A stretch of DNA of 64,000 bases from Candidatus Helarchaeota archaeon (GCA_019058315.1 JAHPZH010000002.1:256001-320000), one strand, 5' to 3'; counted from the first letter of the stretch, positions 19,672 to 30,866 are shown. Numbers and translations are program-made. Notes: generated from the sequence alone by a model not told the origin.

Positions 19672-20184
19672 TTATTGTTTATTAAGCAATGTAGCTGCAA
19701 GATCAGTAAATGCTTCAACAACTTTTATTCCATTTAAAGCACTAGTCTCGAAAAAAGGACAATTCATTTCTGAGGCTAAATCTGCCCCTTGATTACTATC
19801 AATTTTTCTTTTATCCTTTAAATCTACTTTATTTGCAAGTAAAATTTTAGGAACAGAACTAGCGTTTTTTAATAATTCTTCATGCCATCTAGAAATTGAA
19901 TTAAACGTTGTAGGTCTTGTAACATCATAAACCATAAGAGCGCCCTGTGCACCCTTATAATAGAGCTGACGAACTTCTGACCATTTCATTTGTCCAGCAA
20001 TATCATATAATAGTAACTTAATTTGAATATTTCCAATTTCAACTTCTTTAATTAGAATATTTGCACCCAAAGTTGGTTTATATTCTGTTTCAAACTTATG
20101 TTCTGAAAACCTTTTTATTAGCGATGTTTTCCCCACAGCTGGATCGCCAATCACAATAACTTTGAACACAAATTTTCTTGACAT
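19672..20184 (-). CDS. Rab-like small GTPase
   Basis: GDPAVGKTS, YDIAGQ, NKVD, ETSAL. Confidence 0.92.
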   Translation of the reverse strand: MSRKFVFKVIVIGDPAVGKTSLIKRFSEHKFETEYKPTLGANILIKEVEIGNIQIKLLLYDIAGQMKWSEVRQLYYKGAQGALMVYDVTRPTTFNSISRWHEELLKNASSVPKILLANKVDLKDKRKIDSNQGADLASEMNCPFFETSALNGIKVVEAFTDLAATLLNKQ

Positions 20185-20214
20185 AATAGAATATCTCTCT
20201 TTCTAAGTAAATAA

Positions 20215-20826
20215 TCAACCTATTTTCTCTTTAATTTTAGTGGCTTTCTCAGGTTTAATGATAAATTCACAAGCTTCATCCCCCATAGCGATACATTTAA
20301 TTTCTTTGACATGAAATTTTTCACCTGTCGCCTCTTCTTTAAACCTCGCGAGAGTACCACTAATAATATGGCATACGGGGTTATTTGCTGTAATATCTTT
20401 GCTAATTGGGTTATTCTTAATTTTAATATGGATTATATCAGGATCATTTGGATCTTTATAGAATGACCATTCGCCACCTATCCACTCCTCTAACTTTTTG
20501 ATAATATCTTCTAGAGAAATACCAAATGGGGATAAATAGAGTGCGAATTTTCTTCCGGATTCATAAAGTATAGCATGAGTTCCATGACCAAGAAGAGAGT
20601 TCATAGATTTTAAAAGTGCGCTAAAATCTTCAAACGAGATCGACTCACTAAGGCTCGGTTGAACCTCTTCGTTAATGTATCGAGATAAACCCGCAAATCG
20701 GAGGATACTTTTTTTGCCATCTTCTCCCATTATGTCTGTTAGGGCGGTTAATAAAGCTGAAAAAACTACCTTCCTTACACTTTGGGTTATACTCAAAGTT
20801 AAACTCCCGAATATTAGTGATCTCAA
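20215..20826 (-). CDS. V4R-domain protein (TRAPP/Bet3-related fold)
   Basis: NPVCHIISG...VKEIKCIAMGDEACEF; start position uncertain. Confidence 0.85.
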   Translation of the reverse strand: MRSLIFGSLTLSITQSVRKVVFSALLTALTDIMGEDGKKSILRFAGLSRYINEEVQPSLSESISFEDFSALLKSMNSLLGHGTHAILYESGRKFALYLSPFGISLEDIIKKLEEWIGGEWSFYKDPNDPDIIHIKIKNNPISKDITANNPVCHIISGTLARFKEEATGEKFHVKEIKCIAMGDEACEFIIKPEKATKIKEKIG

Positions 20827-20952
20827 ATAGATTGAAAAATTGTTATATCTGTTACTAAAAGAATTTTTTGTTTTAATATATTTTAAACTAGTTATTAATT
20901 TTTTTAAAATGTCTATAAAAGTTTTAACTTGCGATATTGAAATTTATTATTT

Positions 20953-21894
20953 TTAGATTTTTCCAATTTTTTGTTGAAACCATTCAATTTCATCGGAAAG
21001 AGCATCAGATAATGGAGTGAAACTTTTTATATTAAGATCTTTGTTTAATTTATTTGGATTTGAGATTAATTTCAAAATGTCCCCTTTCCAACTGAAACCC
21101 GTGTAGGTTAATTTAGTATTTTTTAAGTTTAATTCTTTCAAAATCTTTGTAGCGAGCTCTGTTATAGAGATTCCTACACCAGTTCCCAAATTATATGCTT
21201 TTCCATCAGAAATTGCTTTTTCAGCACAATCCATAAAAATTTTTACCAAATCACCCACATAAATAAAATCTCGAATATTTTTTCCAGTTCCTAAAATTTC
21301 TAGCTTCGAATTATCATTTTTCAATTTATTCAAAAAATCATAAATTACATATCTTGGCTGACGTGGACCTATTGCATTGAAAATTCGTAATGATGTAAAT
21401 TTAATTCCATAAGTTTCTTGAAATGCAAACCCATATAACTCTCCTGCTAATTTAGAGGCACCATATGGTGATATCGGGTTTGTTGAATGCGCTTCATCAA
21501 TTGGTAAATATTTAGGTTCTCCAAAAATAGCTGCACTTGAAGCAAATACTACCTTTTTTACTTCAGAATCTACACAAGTCTTGAGTAAATTAAATGTACC
21601 TTTCACATTTGACATGTAATCAAGAGTTGGATTTTCTACACTCAAGGGAACATTTGCATTTGCAGCTATATGAAAAATAATATCAATATCAGAAACAACA
21701 TTTTGGACTACTTCTAATTTTGATATATCTTCTTCTATAAATTCAATTTTATCTAAACTATCCAAATTTTTTTTAAAACCAGAGGATAAATCATCTATGA
21801 CTCTAACTGTAACTCCATTTTTGACCAAGGCATCAACTAGATGTGAACCAATAAATCCTGCGCCTCCAGTAACAAGAACATGAGAGTATTTCAT
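20953..21894 (-). CDS. NAD-dependent epimerase/dehydratase (GalE-like)
   Basis: VTGGAGFIGSHL, ASSAAIFG, YGASK, RDFIYV. Confidence 0.92.
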   Translation of the reverse strand: MKYSHVLVTGGAGFIGSHLVDALVKNGVTVRVIDDLSSGFKKNLDSLDKIEFIEEDISKLEVVQNVVSDIDIIFHIAANANVPLSVENPTLDYMSNVKGTFNLLKTCVDSEVKKVVFASSAAIFGEPKYLPIDEAHSTNPISPYGASKLAGELYGFAFQETYGIKFTSLRIFNAIGPRQPRYVIYDFLNKLKNDNSKLEILGTGKNIRDFIYVGDLVKIFMDCAEKAISDGKAYNLGTGVGISITELATKILKELNLKNTKLTYTGFSWKGDILKLISNPNKLNKDLNIKSFTPLSDALSDEIEWFQQKIGKI

Positions 21895-22073
21895 TTTTTT
21901 TACCTTAATGAAAAACCTATTTAATCTTAAAAAATGTATTTGGTTGTTTTATAAAAATATATAAATTGATTATTTACTTCAAAAAAATAAAAGTTAAAAG
22001 ATTAATTTGACTCGTAAAGTTTTTAAAAATAAGACGTATTTGTGGAAATATATTTAACTTGGTCGTTATCTAA

Positions 22074-23201
22074 ATGCCAAATAGACTCGAAGAAATTAAA
22101 AAGAAATTACGAAAAGAAGGATATTTAATCGATCCTAACAATATGGAACCATATCTAAAAAAATTTGAAGGAATTAAATTTAAAAATCTAACTAAACCAG
22201 ATTTTTGGAAAGATAGTAGGGTTTTTATAACTGGAATAAGTGGCTTTGTAGGGAGTCACTTAACTGATAAATTATTAGAATTTGGTGCTAATGTAGGAGG
22301 ATTAATTCGGAGGCATAGTGTTCCAGAATACCCCAATATAAAACATGTTATGAAAGAAATAACCACCTTTGAGGGAGATTTAAAATATTTAGATCCAATC
22401 ATTGGGGCTTTTAGAAAATTTGAACCAGAATATGTTTTTCATCTAGGTGCACAGAGTTTTGTACCAACATCAATAAGAAATCCTATAGAAACTTACGAAA
22501 CTAATGTAATTGGGACTTCTAATGTACTCGAGGCTGTCAGAATTCTTGATGGTGTTAATATTAATGCAGTACAGATGGCATGCTCATCTGAACAATACGG
22601 TAGGGTGTATATAGACGAGTTACCAATAAAAGAGACTAATCCTAACCGCCCATTATCTCCTTACGCTGCCTCAAAACAAGCTTGTGAACATATTTGTATT
22701 ACACATTTCGAAAATTATAAAATTCCAGTCAGAATTACTCGGGGTTTCAATCATACAGGTGCCCGGCGTGGATTACAGTTTGTTACTTCAGTAGTCACAA
22801 GACAAATCGCCCGTGCTAAAAATTCTGATAATAAAGAGATAATTATTGGTAATCCTGCACCAGTTAGAGATTTCACTGATGTCCGAGATATTCTACAAGG
22901 ATATTTATTAAGTGTAGAAAAAGGTAAAAATGGAGATATTGTAAATTTGGGCCATGGGGCGGGTATATCAATAGGAGATTTAGTTGTTTTATCCGCAAAA
23001 GTAGCTAATTTGGAAAAATATGATCTTATTATAGATGAAAGTCGATTTCGTAAAGCAGATGTTGAAGTATTAATATGTGACTATTCTAAAGCAAAAAAAG
23101 AATATGGATATCATCCTCAGTTACCTATTACTCAATCAATAAAGGATAGTATTGAGTACTTCGAGAAAAATCCAAGATTAATGTATATGGAAAGACATTA
23201 A
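22074..23201 (+). CDS. gmd: GDP-mannose 4,6-dehydratase family
   Basis: ITGISGFVGSHL, HLGAQSFV, SSEQYG, SPYAASK, FNHTG. Confidence 0.8.
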   Translation: MPNRLEEIKKKLRKEGYLIDPNNMEPYLKKFEGIKFKNLTKPDFWKDSRVFITGISGFVGSHLTDKLLEFGANVGGLIRRHSVPEYPNIKHVMKEITTFEGDLKYLDPIIGAFRKFEPEYVFHLGAQSFVPTSIRNPIETYETNVIGTSNVLEAVRILDGVNINAVQMACSSEQYGRVYIDELPIKETNPNRPLSPYAASKQACEHICITHFENYKIPVRITRGFNHTGARRGLQFVTSVVTRQIARAKNSDNKEIIIGNPAPVRDFTDVRDILQGYLLSVEKGKNGDIVNLGHGAGISIGDLVVLSAKVANLEKYDLIIDESRFRKADVEVLICDYSKAKKEYGYHPQLPITQSIKDSIEYFEKNPRLMYMERH

Positions 23202-23323
23202 AAATTAAATAAAACCTTTTAATCTTTTATTTCTTCAATTCATCCTAAATCATAAAATTGATTAATACCTTTAAACAAGATTTTTATCAGTAGTTCATTT
23301 GATTTAACTTCGGGCAATGTAAA

Positions 23324-24562
23324 ATGGCTTTAACTTTATTAGACAATGTAACTATTGCGGTTATAGTTGTTAGTGTATGGTATATAATATATCATATTGC
23401 TATTTATTACGGAATTTACCATAGAGTTCAATGGAATGAATTCTTATATGGTGAAGGTTTTAACCCCGCTATTTCTGTAATTATAGCTTCCAAAAATGAA
23501 GAAAAAGATATTGAAAATTGTTTAAATGCTATTCTTAATCAAGATTATCCTGAAAATAAATTTGAAATACTCGTTGTTGATGAATCCACCGATAATACCC
23601 CTGAAATTATTACTAATATAGCTAAGAGATACCCCGAAGGAAAAATCAAATTAATTAGACCTCCTCCACCCCCTCCGCATATTAATGGTATCTCTTATTC
23701 AATTACTATTGGTGTAAAAGCAGCAAAAAACGAAGTTATTGCTGTTACTGAAGCTGATTGTATACCCTCACAAGAATGGCTAAAACTAATAGTATATCCT
23801 TTAACTCCTCATAATCCCGATGAAGTAGGAATAGTGGGAAGTCATGGTATTATTATTGGTGATAGTTTAAGTGCAAATCTTCAAAGACTCGAGTTTAGTG
23901 GATTTTTATTTGAATTTTTTGGAGCACTTGACAGAGCGAGGCAGTCAGTGGGAGTAGGTGGCGCCTCATGGGGTGGAAGTATGTGTTTCAGAAAAAAATC
24001 ATTCGAACAAATTGGGGGCTATGAAGGTGTTGAACATATTCACTTACAAGATATTGCTCTTACTTGGAAATTTGCAAAAGCTGGCTTTAAAACCGCATTT
24101 CTATTTAATCAAAGAGTTAAAGTAGTAACTAGACCTCACCCACAGCCAATTAAACAACGTCTTAGATGGTTTCGTGGTGGTTGGCAATGTCGCTTTCACT
24201 ATACCTATCATATCGGAGCAGTAAATATATATGGAGTTCCTTTAGCAATCGAGATGTATTCACTAATTCTAATAATTCTAGCAATTTTTGAGATAATACC
24301 TATTCATTTAGGTCATATAGGGTTTATCTTGATTTTTATCACTACTCTCATGAAATATTTGACTTTATTACAATTCACTAAATCTAAATTATTGTTAGGA
24401 AATTATAAGCATAGTTGGAAAGCGATTCTCCTTTATGGATTTTGGATATTTATAATACAATGGATTTGGTTCATTAGTATATTTACAAAACCAACATATA
24501 AATGGAAAGAAGTAGAGAAATATAAAGATGAAGAAATTTCTTCTTATATTAATACCATATGA
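23324..24562 (+). CDS. GT2 membrane glycosyltransferase
   Basis: SVIIASKNEE, QDYP, VVDESTD, EAD, QRLRW, terminal TM helices. Confidence 0.88.
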   Translation: MALTLLDNVTIAVIVVSVWYIIYHIAIYYGIYHRVQWNEFLYGEGFNPAISVIIASKNEEKDIENCLNAILNQDYPENKFEILVVDESTDNTPEIITNIAKRYPEGKIKLIRPPPPPPHINGISYSITIGVKAAKNEVIAVTEADCIPSQEWLKLIVYPLTPHNPDEVGIVGSHGIIIGDSLSANLQRLEFSGFLFEFFGALDRARQSVGVGGASWGGSMCFRKKSFEQIGGYEGVEHIHLQDIALTWKFAKAGFKTAFLFNQRVKVVTRPHPQPIKQRLRWFRGGWQCRFHYTYHIGAVNIYGVPLAIEMYSLILIILAIFEIIPIHLGHIGFILIFITTLMKYLTLLQFTKSKLLLGNYKHSWKAILLYGFWIFIIQWIWFISIFTKPTYKWKEVEKYKDEEISSYINTI

Positions 24563-24613
24563 TAACTTATCTAGTTTTCAGATTATTATATAAAAAAAAT
24601 TTGAAAATAAATA

Positions 24614-25789
24614 CTAATTAGCTTCAATTTCTTTATAAAAATCTTCTTTTTTGTAGTAAAATAATAATGGAATTAATAAAATAAACCAATAATGGTATAA
24701 ACCTGTCTGGTTAGCAAAAATTAGAGCACAATAAGTAATAATCATGTAATCAAACGTTCGGTCTCTATCATTACTCTTAAAATTATGAAGTAACAATATA
24801 CAAAAGGTAACTATTGCTAGGACTGTTAAATATGTACTAATTTGCATTCCAAAATCAAATTGAAAATTAAAAGGATAGAGTAACCATATAAAGGGAAGAG
24901 ATTCAGAAGATAAGCTATTTAAAATGTAAAATACCTGATACGCGGGTAAATTTAACCCACTTCCAGTCATATTAAATATCAAAGCAGGTAATGAACAAGC
25001 GTAAGCAATTGGGACATCTCTAGCCCAAATACTCGTCCAAGGTATATATTGGCGTCCAAATTGCATTAAAAGAACATCATTAATAAAAACTTTTGGTCCC
25101 ATCATAAAAAAAACTCCTAAAACGAGTAAAGCAGGTAAGAGGCTAATAATAAATTTCTTCAATTCTTTTCTGTGATAAATAAAAACAAAACTTATGAAAA
25201 TCAAGATATATTGATATGATATTGAAGCTAGGGCAAAATAAAATGAAGATAATTTAGGATTTTCAAGATTTATAAATCCTAATGCCATTAAGAAAAAAAT
25301 TGAATTAAAAAAACTGAAAGCTCCAACTAATACCATAATTGGATTTACCCAATAAATCCATGAAACTTTTTTAAAGGTCTCATATTTGTACAGATGATAA
25401 AAAGTAAGAAAATCAAACACATTGTTCATTATCACAAAAGCTGGCATAAAATCCATTGCGCCAATTGAGGCAAATTTAGAAGGCCATAATAGAGTCGGTA
25501 AATATAAAATAAACATAAATGGACCATAACCAAAATAGGTTTGATTGTGGCCTTCGAAATAACCATAATTGAAAATCTTTAAAAAATACCACTGTCCATA
25601 TGGATTGATTCCTCGACTAAGATAAATCAAACCTTCATAAACGATTTCATTCATATCATTTAAATCATTTAGTAAATTCACAAGACCTAAAAGAACAAAG
25701 ATTGATATAATTCGAATAATTAAACCAAAAATAAATGCTTTAGTTCGGATTAGTTCCTTGAGATAATCCAGACTAATATTTATAAACAT
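24614..25789 (-). CDS. Polytopic membrane protein, GT-C-like glycosyltransferase
   Basis: G.NPY, YGP...LYLP, YWVNP, many TM segments. Confidence 0.55.
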   Translation of the reverse strand: MFINISLDYLKELIRTKAFIFGLIIRIISIFVLLGLVNLLNDLNDMNEIVYEGLIYLSRGINPYGQWYFLKIFNYGYFEGHNQTYFGYGPFMFILYLPTLLWPSKFASIGAMDFMPAFVIMNNVFDFLTFYHLYKYETFKKVSWIYWVNPIMVLVGAFSFFNSIFFLMALGFINLENPKLSSFYFALASISYQYILIFISFVFIYHRKELKKFIISLLPALLVLGVFFMMGPKVFINDVLLMQFGRQYIPWTSIWARDVPIAYACSLPALIFNMTGSGLNLPAYQVFYILNSLSSESLPFIWLLYPFNFQFDFGMQISTYLTVLAIVTFCILLLHNFKSNDRDRTFDYMIITYCALIFANQTGLYHYWFILLIPLLFYYKKEDFYKEIEAN

Positions 25790-26071
25790 GAATTTGAATC
25801 ATCCTTTAATAAATAAGTAAGTACTAAATTTTTACTATTGAATATAGTTAAAATATTAAGAAATATTAATAAAATTATTTAATAATGACTACATTAGAAA
25901 AAAGGTAGATCTTAAGAATAACCAGCAAGATGAATTTGATAGATAAGAGTTTTAAATTATCCCTCATCTTCATATATTACACTGATAAAGAAATAAGAAA
26001 AAAATTAAATTAGAATATAAGAAAAAATTTCATATCTAATAAGTATATTAAATAAATAAAAGGAAATTTTT

Positions 26072-26539
26072 ATGTCATCGGAATTTCGTCATATTATTCG
26101 TCTATTTGGAACAGATTTAGATGGTACAAAACCATTAAAATATAGTATTATTAAAATTCGTGGTATAAACCAACGATTTGCTAGTGTGGTTATTAAAAAG
26201 GCAAATTTATCTCCAAATGTTCGTCTTGGCACTTTAACCGATAAAGAAATAAGTAAAATAGAAGAGATAGTACTCCACCCACAAGATAATGGAATTCCTT
26301 CTTGGTTATTGAATAGGCAAAAAGATGTAATCAAAGGAGGAGATCACCATATTATTGGATCTGACTTGATCTTAGTAAATAAAAGCGATATCGATAGACT
26401 GAAAAGAACTAGAAGTTATAAAGGAATCCGACACCAACTTGGACTAAAATTAAGAGGACAAAGAACACGTACTACAGGAAGAAGAGGTGGGGTTGTAGGA
26501 GTACACCGCAAAAAACTAATGAAACAGAAAAAGAAATAA
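26072..26539 (+). CDS. rps13: Ribosomal protein uS13
   Basis: FRHIIRL.GTDLDG, YKGIRHQLGL..RGQRTRTTGR. Confidence 0.97.
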   Translation: MSSEFRHIIRLFGTDLDGTKPLKYSIIKIRGINQRFASVVIKKANLSPNVRLGTLTDKEISKIEEIVLHPQDNGIPSWLLNRQKDVIKGGDHHIIGSDLILVNKSDIDRLKRTRSYKGIRHQLGLKLRGQRTRTTGRRGGVVGVHRKKLMKQKKK

Positions 26540-26552
26540 AAGGTGGAAATTT

Positions 26553-27065
26553 ATGGGAGATCCTAAAAAACATCGAAAAAAATACTCTAAACCTAGAAAC
26601 AAATGGCAAAAAGAACGATTGGAAAAGGAATTAAATATTATTGGGAAATATGGTCTAAGAAATAAGAAAGAAATATGGCGACTTCAATCAATGATGTCAA
26701 ATTTTAGAGGACGTGCAAGAAAACTACTTTCACTTTCTGGAGAAGAAAGAGATTTGGTTATGAAAGAGCTCAATAACCGGCTAAATAAAATTGGACTTCT
26801 ACCAGAAACTGCAAATGTTGAAGATATATTACGATTAACAATTGAAGATATTCTTGAAAGGAGATTACAGACTATGGTATTTAACCTTGGTCTAGCAGTT
26901 ACCATATATCATGCTCGTCAGCTCATTACACATGGTCACATAGCAATTGGTGGGCAACGGGTCACTTCGCCAGGGCATTTGGTAAAAAGAAATGAAGAGA
27001 ATAATATAAATTACTCGCAAAACTCTCCTTACAGCAATCCAGATCATCCTATGAGAAATATATAA
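26553..27065 (+). CDS. rps4: Ribosomal protein uS4
   Basis: MGDPKK, YGLRNKKEIW, LERRLQT, ARQLITHGHI. Confidence 0.97.
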   Translation: MGDPKKHRKKYSKPRNKWQKERLEKELNIIGKYGLRNKKEIWRLQSMMSNFRGRARKLLSLSGEERDLVMKELNNRLNKIGLLPETANVEDILRLTIEDILERRLQTMVFNLGLAVTIYHARQLITHGHIAIGGQRVTSPGHLVKRNEENNINYSQNSPYSNPDHPMRNI

Positions 27066-27095
27066 AATAGAATGTTACTTGAGGTTTAAATTAAA

Positions 27096-27494
27096 GTGAG
27101 TAAAGAAAAAGAAATAAAATGGGGCATGGCACACATCTATAGCTCTTATAACAATACAATTGTTCATATCACTGATTTAAGTGGCTCTGAAACAATAGCG
27201 CGATACTCAGGTGGAATGATCGTGCGTGCGGATAGGGATGAGAGTAGTCCCTATGCTGCAATGCAAGCCGCTGCCCGTGCCGCAGCAGAAGCTCAAGAAA
27301 AAGGAATAACCGCAATTCATATCAAAGTTAGAGCCCCTGGTGGACATGGACCAAAAACTCCAGGACCGGGAGCACAAGCCGCAATTCGTGCCTTAGCAAG
27401 AGCGGGTTTACGTATAGGTAGGATTGAGGAGGTAACCCCTATTCCACATGATGGGACTCGACGCCCTGGTGGACGGCGAGGTAGAAGAGTATAA
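27096..27494 (+). CDS. rps11: Ribosomal protein uS11
   Basis: [30 protein letters not shown]. Confidence 0.98.
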   Translation: MSKEKEIKWGMAHIYSSYNNTIVHITDLSGSETIARYSGGMIVRADRDESSPYAAMQAAARAAAEAQEKGITAIHIKVRAPGGHGPKTPGPGAQAAIRALARAGLRIGRIEEVTPIPHDGTRRPGGRRGRRV

Positions 27495-27527
27495 TTATTA
27501 TTAAAATTTCTAATTTTGGTGTAATGT

Positions 27528-28340
27528 TTGGATATTAAAATTATTGAAAAAAATCATGAAAGTATTAAATTTATAATAGAAGACTTTGATCCCAGCTTTG
27601 TAAACGCCTTACGCCGTATTATGTTAGCCGAAGTTCCTACTTTAGCTATAGAAGATGTTTGGATTGTTGAAAATTCTAGCCCCTTATATGATGAAATTAT
27701 AGCTAAAAGATTAGGATTAATACCAATAAAGACTGATTTAGAATCATTTATATTACCAAATGAATGTTCATGTGGAGGAACGGGCTGCCCCCAATGCCAA
27801 GTGGCTTTTACTTTAAGGAAAGAAGCGATTGAAAGTGAAGGGGCAACGGTATATTCTGGAGACTTGGAATCTCAAGATCCTGAATCAGTTCCTTCGTCTG
27901 AAAAGATTCCAATTGTAAAATTAGAAAAAGGACAAAAAATAGTACTTGAAGCATATGCTAAATTAGGACTAGGAATGGACCATGCGAAGTGGCAAGCTGT
28001 GGGAACTTGTTCATTTTCATATTTACCAATAATAAATATTGACTATGAGAAATGTACAGGTTGTGGAACATGTGCTAAAGAATGTCCTCACAATTTAATT
28101 AAAATAGAAAATGATAGAATCTTCATAGAAAATATTTTAGATTGTTCTCTATGTAAGATATGTGAGAATGTCTGTGAAGAAGACGCTATAAAGATTAGTT
28201 GGAATAAAAAGAACTGTATATTTAAAGTTGAGAGTACTGGTGCTTTACCACCTGAAAGAATAGTAATAGAAGCAGCAACAATTTTAAAAAATAAAGGAAA
28301 AGAATTATTAGAAAAATTAGAAGATTTAGAAAGTTTATAA
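27528..28340 (+). CDS. rpoD: RNA polymerase subunit D (Rpo3) with ferredoxin-like Fe-S domain
   Basis: NALRRIMLAEVP, HAKWQ, CTGCGTC...CP and CSLCKICENVC. Confidence 0.96.
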   Translation: MDIKIIEKNHESIKFIIEDFDPSFVNALRRIMLAEVPTLAIEDVWIVENSSPLYDEIIAKRLGLIPIKTDLESFILPNECSCGGTGCPQCQVAFTLRKEAIESEGATVYSGDLESQDPESVPSSEKIPIVKLEKGQKIVLEAYAKLGLGMDHAKWQAVGTCSFSYLPIINIDYEKCTGCGTCAKECPHNLIKIENDRIFIENILDCSLCKICENVCEEDAIKISWNKKNCIFKVESTGALPPERIVIEAATILKNKGKELLEKLEDLESL

Positions 28341-28352
28341 CAAGTGATATGA

Positions 28353-28712
28353 TTGCCTAAAGTAGATATATTTAAAACTCCAAATCCAGATAAACAAGAT
28401 TTATTAAAGAAATTGTGGAGCACAAAAAGAAGAATTTGGAGAACAGTTGCAAAAAATCTATCAAAAAGAAGAAAAGATCACATTGTAGTAAATTTGGGTA
28501 GAATAAATAGATTGGTAAAACCAAATGAAACAATTGTAGTCCCAGGTAAGGTTCTTGCTACAGGAAACTTAGATAAGAAAATCATTTTAGCTGCTTATGC
28601 TTATTCTAATGATTGTGAAGAAAAAGTAAAGAAAGTTAAAGGTGAATGTATTTCTATTCAACAATTAATAGAACGAAATCCAGAAGGAAAAAATGTAAAA
28701 ATAATTGTATAA
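28353..28712 (+). CDS. rpl18e: Ribosomal protein eL18
   Basis: VNLGRINR, VVPGKVLATG; operon position. Confidence 0.94.
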   Translation: MPKVDIFKTPNPDKQDLLKKLWSTKRRIWRTVAKNLSKRRKDHIVVNLGRINRLVKPNETIVVPGKVLATGNLDKKIILAAYAYSNDCEEKVKKVKGECISIQQLIERNPEGKNVKIIV

Positions 28713-28730
28713 AAAGGAGTATTATAGATT

Positions 28731-29177
28731 TTGAAAGCTACTATAATTGATGCTGATGGACTTATATTAGGTAGACTAGCAAGTATTGTTGCAAAAAGAT
28801 TATTATTAGGGGAATATATCCAGATTGTAAATGCTGAAAAAGCAATAATATCTGGGAGGAAAAAAGAAATTATTGAAAGATATAAAAGTTGGTTAAAAAA
28901 AAGGACTGCAACAGCACCTTGGCGTGGACCACTTCATCCCAGGCGACCCGACCTTTTATTAAAGCGAACAGTTCGTGGTATGCTTCCTTGGAAGAAAGAA
29001 AGAGGAAAGGTGGCATATAAGCGATTAAAGGTCTTTATAGGAATCCCTTCTGAATTAGAAAATAAGACAATCTCAACATTTGAAGACATTAATTTGAATC
29101 ATATAAGAGGAAATTATATGAAATTAGGTGAGTTAGCTCAAGAAATTGGTTGGACACCATTAGAAAAGAGGATTTGA
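28731..29177 (+). CDS. rpl13: Ribosomal protein uL13
   Basis: ILGRLASIVAK, RTVRGMLP. Confidence 0.96.
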   Translation: MKATIIDADGLILGRLASIVAKRLLLGEYIQIVNAEKAIISGRKKEIIERYKSWLKKRTATAPWRGPLHPRRPDLLLKRTVRGMLPWKKERGKVAYKRLKVFIGIPSELENKTISTFEDINLNHIRGNYMKLGELAQEIGWTPLEKRI

Positions 29178-29186
29178 GGTTTATTA

Positions 29187-29591
29187 ATGGTAAAAGTAGT
29201 ATTATCCTCAGGTAAGAGAAAAACAGCTATTGCAAGGGCCACAATACGTGATGGAAAAGGTAAGATTCGAATAAATAAAAAACCTCTTGAAATTTACGAG
29301 CCTGAATTTGCAAAATTAATTATTATGGAACCTCTTATCATCGCTGGGGAAAAAGTTATTGAAAAATTGGACATTAAGGTATTTGTTGAAGGAGGAGGAT
29401 TTGTAGGGCAATCTGAAGCTGTTAGAATTGCAATTGCACGTGGTTTATATAAATGGACGAATTCTGAGAAGATAAGGAAAAAATTCATTCAGTATGATCG
29501 GACCTTACTATCAGGTGATTCGAGAAGAACCGAACCAAAGAAATTTGGGGGTAGAAGTGCTAGAGCGAAAAGACAAAAAAGCTATAGATAA
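29187..29591 (+). CDS. rps9: Ribosomal protein uS9
   Basis: [20 protein letters not shown]. Confidence 0.97.
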   Translation: MVKVVLSSGKRKTAIARATIRDGKGKIRINKKPLEIYEPEFAKLIIMEPLIIAGEKVIEKLDIKVFVEGGGFVGQSEAVRIAIARGLYKWTNSEKIRKKFIQYDRTLLSGDSRRTEPKKFGGRSARAKRQKSYR

Positions 29592-29636
29592 TTATTATAC
29601 TCCCTTTAATTATGTTTAGACCGTAGGTGATAAATT

Positions 29637-29843
29637 GTGATAATACCCGTTAGATGTTTTACTTGTGGCAAATTAATCGCAGATAAATGGGAAATATTTA
29701 CACAAAGGATTCAACAAGAAGGAGAAAAAAATACGAACAAAATTCTGGATGATATCGGACTTAAACGTTATTGTTGTCGAAGAATGCTGATTTCTCATGT
29801 TCCCTTACTTAAACCTATAAGCGAATTTAGTCAAAAAGGTTAA
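29637..29843 (+). CDS. rpoN: RNA polymerase subunit N (Rpo10)
   Basis: IPVRCFTCGK, RYCCRRM. Confidence 0.97.
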   Translation: MIIPVRCFTCGKLIADKWEIFTQRIQQEGEKNTNKILDDIGLKRYCCRRMLISHVPLLKPISEFSQKG

Positions 29844-29888
29844 CTAAAAATCTTTTTTATTAATCTATTAGTTAAGAGGGGTTAAACA

Positions 29889-30866
29889 TTGATATCTTGC
29901 ACTGCATCAGCACCGGGAAAATGTATTCTTGTTGGAGAGCATGCTGTAGTATATGGAACAAAAGCTATTGTCACTGCTTTAAATTTACGTGCATTTAGCT
30001 CTATAGAAATTATTTCTGATAAAATAATTGATATTGAGGCAATAGACTTTCAACTCCAGAAAAAATTTCCATTTATTAAAGAGACCATGTTGGATAAAAA
30101 ATTCCTTCCTTTAAAACCAATAGTAAATTGCTGTCAAATCATGATAAATAAATTTAAATTAAATAAAGGAATGAAATTAAAAATTCGGTCGGCAATACCT
30201 TCTAGCGCTGGATTGGGTTCTTCTGCTGCTGTATCTGTAGCAACAGTTAAAGCAATAGAGAGTGTTTTTGAACTAAATCTTACTAATGATGAAATTTCTC
30301 AGATTGCATTTGAAGTAGAAAAAATTGTCCATACTAGACCATCTGGGATTGACAATTTTATATGTACTCACGGCGGGTGTATTCAATATTCAAAGAAAGA
30401 ACAAATTAAAAAAATTGAGCTTCCCAAAAATTTTTCATTAATAATTTGTAATTCGGAAATACCTAGAAATACTGGAGTTTTGGTAGAAAAAGTTGCTAAA
30501 TTACATAATAAATTCCCTAATATCACAGAGAAAATCTTTGATGCAATTAATTTATTGTCGATAAAAGCACTCGAATCATTGAAAAAAGGTGATCTCGTTG
30601 AATTAGGTGAAATCTTTAATTTAAATCAAGGATTATTGGAGGCTTTGGGTGTATCAACAGCCATTCTCTCCAAATTTATTAATATTGCAAAAGAAAACGG
30701 AGCTTATGGTGCAAAACTAACTGGAGCTGGGGGAGGAGGCTGTATTATAGCTATTTCACCATCTAGTAAACAAAAAAATATTGTAGAGGCCTTAAAAAAA
30801 ATTGGTGGAGTTCCCATATTAACTGAATTTTCTCAAGATGGTGTAAAAGTGGAAGATTTAAAATAA
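29889..30866 (+). CDS. mvk: Mevalonate kinase
   Basis: APGK.ILVGEHAVVYG, GLGSSAA, PSGIDN, AKLTGAGGGG. Confidence 0.94.
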   Translation: MISCTASAPGKCILVGEHAVVYGTKAIVTALNLRAFSSIEIISDKIIDIEAIDFQLQKKFPFIKETMLDKKFLPLKPIVNCCQIMINKFKLNKGMKLKIRSAIPSSAGLGSSAAVSVATVKAIESVFELNLTNDEISQIAFEVEKIVHTRPSGIDNFICTHGGCIQYSKKEQIKKIELPKNFSLIICNSEIPRNTGVLVEKVAKLHNKFPNITEKIFDAINLLSIKALESLKKGDLVELGEIFNLNQGLLEALGVSTAILSKFINIAKENGAYGAKLTGAGGGGCIIAISPSSKQKNIVEALKKIGGVPILTEFSQDGVKVEDLK

